From Azolla caroliniana (taxonomy: Eukaryota > Plantae > Polypodiophyta), in contig JBHGNT010000656.1 of assembly GCA_043228905.1 (NCBI GenBank), positions 1 to 18,333 of the forward strand: a stretch of 18,333 bases of DNA, written 5' to 3'. Made by a program: the position numbers and the translations under genes. The notes under the pieces are model-generated. The model was not told where the DNA came from. It made no database searches and was given only the letters and a program-made list of their open reading frames with translations. This document shows, one piece after another, positions 9,001 through 18,333 of the stretch; within the stretch, counting starts at the first letter, position 1, and each line of letters opens with the position of its first letter.

Positions 9001-12000
9001 ATGGATAGAGGCATGGCGAGCTCGCTTCCAACATAGAAGCTCGACAGAACCAACTATGCGTCTTGGTCCTACAAGATACACCAGTACCTGCTCGGCGATG
9101 GGAGCAATCGGCGAGCAGGGTATTGTACTGCTTCGCGTAGTGTGTGGGCGAACAACTATTGAGCTATGTTCGGGATGCAAAGACGCCGAAGGGTGCGTGG
9201 GAAAATCTGAAGAAGATTTTCGCCGCGAGCACCACAGCCAGGAAGCTTCAACTCCGACAGGAGTTGAGCAACCTACGACAACGCGACTTGTCGGTGGCGG
9301 ACTATACCTCGAAGATCAAGGATATCTACGACTCCCTCGCCTCCATAGAGGTGAACATCGAGGAGAGCGAGATGGTCCAGATCTGTCTCAGAGGTTTGGC
9401 GTCGAAGTTCGGAGCGTTCCGAACGGCTGTGTGTACCCGGGAGAATATGTTGTCCTTTTTCGACTTACAGTCGATGCTCCTGGTAGAGGAGAACCACACG
9501 GGTGCGTCGACGAGCACGCACACCGATAGCAAGATGTTGTACACGGGGGGAGAAAGGCCCCGTGGTCGTGGCAGACAAGGCGAGTCGGTACGCAATGGAA
9601 GCGGCCGATGAGATCAAGGAAGATGGCACCGAAGTGATGCCGACAGCAACTCCGGACCCTCCGGAAACAGAGGGAGTCGAAGCGATGAGAACCGGCAAGG
9701 GAAGGCCATCGTTGAGTGTTGGTACTGTGGCAAGAAAGGCCACAGGGAAAGTGAGTGCTGGAAGAAGCGCGCCGATTCGGAGAGAACCGGTTCCGGAAAC
9801 GGCTCCGGACATACCGACAAGGGAAATCGGCAGCGATCACACTACACCCAAGACTCTGGGAGAGTCGGAGAAGGGTATGTCTTCGTGACGAGACACGAAG
9901 CAAACTCAATGAAACAAAGCACCCCGGGATCGGATGAGGTGTGGTACGTAGACTTCGGCGCGTCAAACCACATGACGAGCCATAAGGAGTGGTTCTCGTA
10001 CCTTGAAAAACCGATAGAACCTGGAGTAGTCGCAATAGGAGACAACAGTCCGCATCCGATCGCGAATGTCGGAGAAGTTCCCCTTAGCCATGTCGGGTAG
10101 AAAGGGAAACTCATGAACGTGTTGCACGTCCCGACAATCACGAAAAACTTGGTCTCAATTGGACAGATCATCGACCAAGGGATGGAGGTTCGGTTTACAC
10201 ACCTCGGTGCTTCATTGAGGAAGAAGGCCATGTGATTGCGCAAGGGCGCAAAGACGGGAGGATGTTCATCCTCGACTCCACTGACGGCGGCACCGCAATG
10301 TTCGCGAAGGGACAAAAGACCAAGTCGGACATCGACTTGTGGCACAAGCGGATAGGCCACGTCAACCACCAACGGCTTCAAGATCTGCAATCGAAACAGG
10401 TAGTGTTCAGATTGCCCAAGTTTAGTGGCCGAAAGGCACAAGTTTGTGAAGCTTGCCAGCTCGGGAAGCAACACCGACTTCCTTTCCCCAACGAGCGGAA
10501 CCGGAGCCGGAACAAGCTCGACCTTATACACTCTGATGTATGGGGACCGGCACAAAACGTTAGTCTTGGCGGGAGCCGATATTTCGTCTCCTTCATCGAC
10601 AACCACACGCGGCACACGTGGATCTACCTCATTGAGAGGAAGAGCGAAGTCTTCGACTGTTTCCGGGACCTCAAAGGGTTCGTGGAAGCTGAAACGGGAC
10701 GAAAGATCAAGTGCTTGCGGTCGGATGGCGGGAAAGAGTACTTTTCCGGTCAATTCAACGGTTACCTACAACAAATGGGAATTCGCCGCGAATTCAGTTG
10801 TAGATACACGCTAGAGCAGAACGACGTGGCCGAGAGAAAGAATCAGTCAGTTGTGGAAGCGGCACGGGCAATGCTGGAGGAGAAGAGCTTGCCCAAGTTC
10901 TACAGGGCCGAGGCGGTAAGGACCGCGGTATACATCCAGAACCGGATTGGAGACAAAGTGTCGGCGCACGAGCTATATTTTGGAACGAAGCCGAACTTGT
11001 GACACTTGAGGGTGTTCGGTAGCATTGCGTATGTGCATATACCGAAGGAGAAAAGGAGGAAGCTGGACGCAAAGGCCGAGAAATGCATCTTGGTCGGTTA
11101 CTCGGACGAGCAGAAGGGTTATAAGTGCTATAACCCTCGCACCAAACAAGCGTGTCAGCCGCGACGTTGTGTTTGACGAGTCCGCGTCCTAGTACCTGCC
11201 CCCGACTACGAACCTCGACTCCAATACGAGCTCTAACGATGAGGTCAGCAAGGCCGAGATGCCTCCGAATGAGCCCGAAATCGAGACCCACGAAGAGAGT
11301 CCGATTTCACTCCGATTAAGTGGACCGATTGGACAACTGAATCGGTACGACCAGTCCGATGAAGAGCCGGCGAGTAGTGAAGACTCGGCCGTGCATTCCC
11401 CGCGCAGGAGGCCGAGGAGACGACTTACACACAAAGAGAAAGGGAAGAAGAAGGTGTCGGATTCCGGCACGAAAAGGAACGAGTCAGACCGACGCGAGTC
11501 CGACTCCGAGGGAACCGGTGACGGGTCTTTAAAGGTGAAGGCCGCGTCGACTGAGAAGGCCTCGACATCGGCTAATGTGAGATTACGCCGATCTACCTAC
11601 CAGAAGAATCTTGTTTTGCGGTTCGGATACAACGAGTACATGGCGCATCATTATGCGTACATGACCCATGTAGCGGAAGTGCGTGAGCCGGAGAGCTACG
11701 TAGAAGCGGCGAAGGACGCGAATTGGCGCGCCGCGATGGAGGAAGAGATGCACGCATTGGCGGAGAACGAGACCTGGGACCTGGTTGACGCACCGAAGGG
11801 TGTGCAGCCGATCGGGTGTAGATGGGTGTACAAAGTCAAGTACAACACCGATGGCTCGGTCAAACGGTACAAGGCTCGACTAGTGGCAAAGGGCTACGCG
11901 CAGAAACACGGCATTGACTACGATGAGACGTTTGCGCCGGTCGTGAAAATGACGACCGTCCGTGTTTTGCTCACAGTAGCCACGGCCAAGGGGTGGCACC

Positions 12001-13754
12001 TACATCAGATGGATGTAAAGAATGCGTTCCTGCAAGGTGACCTTGAGGAACAGGTGTACATGGTACAGCCCCCCGGATTTCACTCTGGAACGAACTCCTC
12101 GGCAATATGCCGACTGAAGAAGTCCCTTTACGGACTGAAGCAAGCCCCGCGTGCCTGGAACGCGAAGATCATGCAACAACTGCGTCGGTTGGGCTTCGTC
12201 ACGTCAAAATCGGACTCTTCCATGTTCATCCAGAAAGGTCAACTCAGACCGGTTAGTATTTTACTGTATGTTGATGACTTGGTCATCACCGGCGCCGACC
12301 TAGGTGAAATCGACCGCATGAAGCTCTAGCTTGCGGCATCGTTCGACATGAAGGATCTGGGGGACCTTCATTACTTCCCCGGGATCGAAGTGATCCGTAC
12401 CCCCAAAGGCATATTGATCAGCCAACATCATTACGTGCTGAGTATGCTCTTCAAACTCGGGATGGCCGACTGTAAGTCCGTCCCAACTCCTCTGGACAGA
12501 ACCATCAAGCTTCGTCCCGATAAGGGAAAGGTATGCGACCCGACGAGATTCCAACAAATTGTCGGAAGCCTCATATACTTGACCATCACCCGACCCGACC
12601 TCAGTTATCCGGTCGGGGTGATCAGTCAGTTCATGGCGCGACCTACTGGGGAGCACCTTTAGTGTGCGCAACGCGTACTTTGGTACGTAAGCGGCACTAA
12701 GGACCACAGACTATTATATCGGACCGGTGTAGCCGCGCAGTTAGTCGCCTACACCGATGCTGATTGGGTTGGCAACGCCGCCGATCGTCGATCCACGTCC
12801 GGATACGCGTTCTCCCTCGGGAGTGCCGCGATCACGTGGAGCAGTAAGAAGCAGCCGACAGTTGCACTGTCGAGCACCGAAGCTGAGTACCGAGGAGCGG
12901 CTGTCGCGACATGCGAAGCCATATGGTTGAAGCGGCTTCTTAAGGACCTGCAAGAGGAGGTGTCAGATCCGACGACGATCTACTGCGACAACCTCAGCAG
13001 CATCGAGCTTGCGAAAAACCCCGTCTTCCATGCATGGACCAAGCACATTGAGGTGCACTACCATTTCGTCCGTGAGCGTGTCCTTTCTGGTGAAGTCGAA
13101 CTTCAGTACGTTCCGACGGATCGGCAGGCTCCCGACATCTTCACCAAGCCTCTTGGTCTGGACAAGTTGCGGCAATTCTCAGGTGCACTCGGGTTGCGTC
13201 ACCTTGACGTGCCGAACTTGAGGGGGAGAACAGTCCCGAACGACCAAGCAAGGCAGCAAGAAAGGAGCGGACACCGCGACACCGAGTCGGTTGACAAGTT
13301 CGACATCGGATCGGCTAAAGAAGCCGAGGGCAGACCCGCGGAAAAGTTCGGAAGCAGACAGAAGGGGAGCAACTGAAGGAGAGAGCCGAAGCCAACCACG
13401 CATGGGGAAGATGACGCCATCGAAGGCGAGAAGACCGAAGACGAGTTGGAGACAGCCAACTCGGACGAGAGCGAAAACCGATCGGGGGTAGCCGAGTCGG
13501 TTCGGATGTTTGATTCAGACACGTTGAATCAACCGAGGCCCAAGCGGAAGAAAAGGCAGTAGAAGAAGTGTCGACACCGCAACAACAGAAGAGCTTATAA
13601 GGGCCGCATGAGCAGACGAGCCGACCGGAAGGGTCGAAGCGCGCGGAATCGGACAGGTCGAGGAGCGCGAGCGAGGCGTGAAGCCAGGAGGAACCGGAGC
13701 TGTGAGCCCGAGGATCCCGAAGAGCCTCGAGTTGAGCTTGAGGGGGAGTGTTGA
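9001..13754 (+). pseudogene. Disrupted copia gag-pol polyprotein
   Basis: gag KLDRTNYASW; zinc knuckle CWYCGKKGHRESEC (9717-9758); protease WYVDFGASNHM (DSG mutated); DLWHKRIGH/CEAC; integrase HSDVWGP, RSDGGKEY, AERKN; RT YKARLVAKG, QMDVKNAFL, YVDDL; RNase H YTDADW, STEAEY, YCDN. Ten in-frame stops (9034, 9138, 9609, 10098, 11000, 11190, 12327, 12660, 13374, 13560) and frameshifts near 9100, 10205 and 11150. Confidence 0.93.
13737..13748 (+). promoter_or_regulatory. Polypurine tract
   Basis: CTTGAGGGGGAG abutting the TG of the 3' LTR. Confidence 0.9.
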
Positions 13755-14143
13755 GAGACAAGCTCAACATCTGCCGGTTCGGCTGAAGAAGCCGAGGACT
13801 GGATCGGTTGGGACCAATCGGCTAGGCCGAGTGCGTAAACCGGGAGGTCGTTAGGAAAGATATTCCGTAAGGAATATATTTGGGAGTTAGTGTAGGAGCT
13901 CTTGATGAGCATTGAAGTATTGTCAGTACTTCGGTCAGTCCTTCTAGGGCTTGTATAAAAGTGTTCACTGAGCACGTCTTATGTACAGACTGAGTATTAT
14001 TGTTGAATATAGTTTTTTGTGTCTTCTCTCTCACTCTCTCTGTCTCTCCCGCATATACTGTGTAAGCTCAAGCTCTCCATTAAACCTGAGTTTCCTTCCT
14101 TCTGTTCGGTCTTCATACTTGCTTCCGCACGTTGCTTTCTACA
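13749..14143 (+). repeat. 3' LTR of copia element
   Basis: Same length and termini as the 5' LTR; preceded by PPT, followed by TSD GTTTG. Confidence 0.96.
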
Positions 14144-14148
14144 GTTTG

Positions 14149-14545
14149 CTTAAAACTTGCCTTCCATCTTAACCCCAACTACCTTTCTGTTGGACTATGT
14201 TGCTTGAAATTAAGCTCTATCGTTGGTGGATGGGGAACATAGAAATCCAAGTTGATGCTACACATTATGCGTGTTTTGTCTACCTAAATTTGTCTTTCAT
14301 TTCAACCCTACCTTTTTCGTTGGATCATGTGAATTGGGATTGTTTTCTATCATCAATGGATGATGAATATAGAATTCCAAGCAATATTAGACATTCATAC
14401 ACTCTCTATCTATGAATATTTTCCTTGTACTCGAACCCCACCTTTGTGTTGGATTGTGCCATTTGAAACTATGCTCTATTTGTAGCAAATGTTAAACATA
14501 CAATTTCAACTACACGTTAAGACATTGACCTATTATCTACGTATA
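14149..14545. repeat. Right part of degenerate ~129-bp tandem array
   Basis: AACCC(T/C)ACCTTT..GTTGGA core at ~14171, 14304 and 14434 (about 130-bp spacing), same consensus as the left part. Confidence 0.65.
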
Positions 14546-14829
14546 CCATAGGCGAGGTAGGGCACTGATATTTACAAACATAAGTGGAGGGTATATTCAC
14601 TAGTATTAGAAAGGAATATTGTGATTGGATAGAGGGCATGATATGTGCATGCATTACCATGATCTTGACAAGTAACGAATGGAGAATCAAATACATCCAT
14701 TCAAGGGGTCTACGAAGAAGTATAAATACGAGGCCTAATTATCCTCACAAGGGACATTGCACCAAAAGGTTGAAGTCTCAAGACACTAGTTATTTCTCAA
14801 AATTTTGGAGAAAAGCATAATATGGTTTG

Positions 14830-16190
14830 GCGACCTTTCACATTACAAAGGGTTTGATCTATCACAGTGGAAAGGTTTGCCAGATTCACTAGAGGTCAAG
14901 AAGAAAATTCTTCATGAATGTGTCACGATCAAAGTTTCGAAGTCGGTGTAGATTTCGAAGGCAAGAAAACAATAATTTGTATAAATTGGAGACCAATATG
15001 ACAAGGATGTTAAAGTTTACGTTGAACCTGAATGGTTCAACACTGAGTAGATAATCCATTTATATAGCATATGTATAGGATCACGAGTGATCATCACTCA
15101 GCATACGTTCTATGTGCCACTTGGAGTACATGTATGTATGCCACTTGGCAATCATCCATTGTGTACAATAATGTGGTTTTTCTTGAAGGTTATAGGTTTG
15201 AATCTTGATATTGACATTTTGTGACAAAATGTAATGATGCACCATAGTCAACAATCCTAGAATCCAACGAGCACTCGTTATCATCTTTACCACTTTTTTT
15301 GGCCCAATAAACATATTGACATGCATAAATACATGACTTAATGTTTTCAATGTTTGCTTAATAAAGTTGAGCACCTAGATATTCCCAACAACAAATGAGA
15401 ATTTATATGTATGGATTTTATTGCTAGTTTATTTCGTACATAGAGAAGTGGAAATGTTATTTGGGTTATTATTAACGGCCTAATGAAATTGGCTACATTT
15501 ATTCCCACGGAAACCATGGTAATTGTTAAACAATCAGCTTATCAATTTGTTGACGAGTTATTTTGTTTCAACTTATCAATTTGTTGATGAACTTATCAAT
15601 GGATATTGTTAGTTATCGACATTCCAAGTTTATTTGAGTTTGGACAAAAATCTTTAGGAAGCTATAAACTAATTCTAGCCTAAAGTTCACAGATCATCCT
15701 TAAGTTTGATGAACAAACTAAACATATTAACAAAATATTAAGGACATGTTTTGGGCTTATATAGCAAAAAACCCTCTATATGGGAGCAATACCCTCATAT
15801 AATAGCTCAAAACATATATCCACTAGATATGGCCATTTCATGTTGATGCATAACATAATATAGTTTGCTCATAATAGTTATAGTCATTTTATGTAGATGT
15901 ATGGGTTTTCACCCACATGCCCTAGTTACTATCATGGTACATTGCACAATACACAATTTTTGCAAGAAATGATGCAAATTGCCAAAAAGAATGTTAAGAT
16001 ATCTCAAGATCATGTGTGGTTTTTTGTTGATCATAATAGACGTCCTCGTGCATTTATTGTTGGTCAAAAAGTTTTATTGCGTGTACTTACTGACTCTAAG
16101 TCGTTATCTACAAGCAAGTGACATAAGTTAGCCCAATGATATTGTGGTCCCTTTGATATCCTTAAGTGAGGAGGATCACGTGCTTATGAC
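14830..16190 (+). mobile_element. Highly degenerate Ty3/gypsy integrase relic (AT-rich)
   Basis: Fragmentary translations: KGLIYHSGKVC..DSLEVKKKILHEC / (N)DAP..HPRIQR / FFWPN..CFQC..KVEH (HHCC zinc finger); MDFIASL..VIWVII..FIP (core); VGQKVLL..KLA..YCGPFDILK..AY (GPY/F module). Many stops and indels; left boundary uncertain. Confidence 0.8.
14921..15226. mobile_element. Solo LTR (306 bp) nested in the gypsy integrase relic
   Basis: Termini TGTCAC...GTGACA; 5-bp TSD GAATG (14916-14920) / AAATG (15227-15231). Removing it restores LHE-C-(N)DAP of the integrase zinc finger. Confidence 0.8.
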
Positions 16191-16196
16191 ATTGGC

Positions 16197-16442
16197 ATGA
16201 AGATCGGCAACGTCGAGATAGATCAACATTTCTTCGTGCAAGAGACTTCCTCGCACTTGGTAATTCTCGGCGAACCGTACATTACGGCAGCACGCATGGA
16301 GACGAAAGTACTGGACAATGGTTCGGCGTATGCGTGCGTCAAGAGCCAAGACGGTCGGCATTCCGTCCAATTCATGACAGTGCGACCCAACCACGAGCGA
16401 AACCGCAAGACCCTCGGCGGGGACAGCCAAGGGGATTTTTAG
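16197..16442 (+). pseudogene. 5'-truncated aspartic protease C-terminal half of a GC-rich Ty3/gypsy element
   Basis: KIGNVEIDQHFFVQETSSHLVILGEPYI (retropepsin C-terminal ILG motif); catalytic D(S/T)G is absent from the window; ends QGDF-TAG. Confidence 0.7.
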
Positions 16443-16486
16443 AGAGGGCTATCAAGGCATGGGGCCGCGATAGTCCGAACACCCCG
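16433..16486 (+). promoter_or_regulatory. Putative -1 programmed ribosomal frameshift signal
   Basis: G_GAT_TTT directly before the TAG stop; 6-nt spacer; stem GGGCTATC (16446-16453) / GATAGTCC (16469-16476); the -1 frame is the RT frame. Confidence 0.65.
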
Positions 16487-18333
16487 GAAGAACCCCACAC
16501 ATGTATTATAGGTAGGAAATTTTGGTTCTCCGAAAACGGAGGTTATACGTTAACCGGCATCAGTAGCCAAGAGAGGAAGCGAGCGGAGAGACGACTTACG
16601 GTGTGTGGAGTCCTCTCCCTCGACGAAGAAATTAGCGGCACCGTGGAGGCGGTCTCTTTTGACGACACCTTGGGCAAATTACGAAAGGTGGTCGGTGAAG
16701 GCCTTAGCAAAGACCGAACCGTTCCGGTTAGATCGATGGGAATGTACGAAGTCATCGCGGACTTCGGGGAGAGGATCGGGTCGGATCGAACGGCCTGCGT
16801 GGATACAAAGTATAAGACTGTGGACCGGAAGGTGAGGCTAGTTGCGGCACCCTTGTCCGAGGGCAGCGAAGAGCGGATAAAAGGGGTTGCGTCGGACCCA
16901 AGTTTACGGAATCCAAGCGGCATAGGGCACCGGTTCACCGACATAACTCTACGAGAGCTCAAGGTTGGTGGGGGTGGCTTTCTACTGCCGGAGGAGGAGG
17001 ACCGGTTTCAGAGGATGCTCAGAAGGTACGGGAAGGCCTTCGCATTCTTTCCGGAGGAAATCGAGTGCGTAAACCCAACAATCGTCGAGCCAATGGTGAT
17101 CTTCACGGTACCGCATGTGCCGTGGAATCTCAAACTGATTCCGGTGCCTAGAGCTCACATCCCAATGTTGATGGAGCTACTGAAGCAGAAGGTGGATATG
17201 GGCATCCTCGAAGCGTCGAGTGCCCCATACTCGAATTGGTGGTTCACGGTGCCAAAGAAGAATGGCACGTTACGCTTCATACAAGACCTGCAACCGGGCC
17301 GACCATAGACGAGTTCGCGGAGGCCTTCGCCGGAAGGTCGATCTATTCAATCAGTGACTTATACTCGGGGTACGACCAGTTCCAACTAGCCGTAGAGAGC
17401 AGGGACATCACGACAATGCGGACTCCTCTCGGCTTGGTGCGGATGTGTACCCTACCGCAAGGAGGAACGAATTCGGTGGCGCACATGGTGAACGCAATGA
17501 ACAAGGTGTTGAGGAGCTGCATCCCAGACATCACTATGTCGTTCCTAGACGACGTACCGATAAAAGGGTGTCAAGCGGAGGGTGCAGACGAAACAATCGG
17601 GCCGAACGGATGCCGGAGGTTTGTTGTGAACCACATCAACGACTGCGATAAGGTGCTTCAGAGGCTCGAGAGCGCGCGGCTCACCTTCTCCGGAGAGAAA
17701 TCAGCGTTCGGGCAGACAGAGATCTTGGTAGTCGGACACCTGTGCGGGCCCTATGGCCAAAAACCGTCCCCGGCAAAGGTAGAAGCCATCTCCGTCATGA
17801 AGGACGATTGCGGGTCGGTTACGGAGGTCCGCAGACTCTTGGGTGCATGCGCGTTCTATCACACCTGGATTCCACACTACGCACATGTCGCGGAACCGCT
17901 CTACGGGCTATTGAAGAAAGGGCGTAGGTTTGAGTTGAGGACGGAGCACACGGAGTCGGTCCGGAGACTGAAGGAGGTGCTCGCCGCAGCATTGGCTCTC
18001 CGGAAAGCGGTTTACGGCAAGGAAGTCCCCATCTACGTGACGGTGGACACGAGCCCAACCGGGATCGGGTGGGTGGTCAGTCAGGAGGACAAGGACCGTG
18101 TACGGTTCCCGATCCGGTTCAGGGCGAAGGTATTGAGGGAGCGGCAGCGAGGATACGCCCAAGTTAAGCGCGAGCTATGGGGTATCGTTTCGGCAGTCAA
18201 GGCCGACAAGGACTATCTGATCGGGACGGAAGTGATCATCGATCCGAACTGCCTACCGATTCTGGGTATGGTCTCCGGATGCGCGAGTCCAGACCTGGCG
18301 ATGCTCAGGTGGATCGCGTATATCAAGTCCCTG
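16433..18333 (+). pseudogene. Ty3/gypsy pol (RT + RNase H) with one frameshifting deletion, running off the window end
   Basis: KYKTVDRKV, PHVPW, FTVPKKNGTLRFIQDLQP; frame change at ~17296; then a stop-free frame to 18333 with DLYSGYDQF, LPQGGTNSV, FLDD (17542-17553) and RNase H VTVDTSPTGIGW...KRELWGI. Confidence 0.9.

Larger units (their letters stand above)
8534..14143 (+). mobile_element. Full-length Ty1/copia LTR retrotransposon (5610 bp), coding-defective
   Basis: Two 395-bp TG...CA LTRs, 5-bp TSD GTTTG (8529-8533, 14144-14148), PBS, PPT, domain order gag-PR-INT-RT-RH. Confidence 0.97.

Noticed and set aside
13229-13748. Post-RNase H region as an env-like gene (Sirevirus)
   Set aside because: Short, highly charged, no transmembrane or signal segment, and in frame with pol; LTRs are short.
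9326-13975. Long antisense and alternative-frame ORFs inside the copia (e.g. 9842-10753, 9388-10035, 8948-9529)
   Set aside because: Shadow ORFs of a GC-rich coding strand with no recognisable motifs.

Overview
Land-plant nuclear DNA; the exon-intron structure and TE types suggest a fern or other non-seed plant, which is inference only. Left part (94-~7950, minus strand): the first seven coding exons (873 codons, all GT-AG, phases consistent) of a soluble LRR + EDR1/CTR1-like + protein kinase gene (Arabidopsis AT1G04210-type architecture). The kinase domain runs off the left edge. Intron 6 holds a 567-bp hAT-type MITE with an 8-bp TSD, and the probable 5' leader holds a (TTAGGG)n array. Middle (8534-14143): a full-length but decayed Ty1/copia element with 395-bp LTRs about 2% diverged, GTTTG TSD, tRNA-iMet PBS and PPT. 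It splits a degenerate ~129-bp tandem array and carries an unusual ~175-codon acidic-then-Arg-rich extension after RNase H, bounded by two identical PPT-like motifs. Right part: an old Ty3/gypsy integrase relic interrupted by a 306-bp solo LTR, joined abruptly to a GC-rich gypsy fragment (protease end, RT, RNase H). In that fragment, protease and RT are linked by an apparent -1 programmed frameshift cassette (G_GAT_TTT_TAG, 6-nt spacer, stem-loop/pseudoknot) that sits after the protease rather than at the gag/pro boundary.
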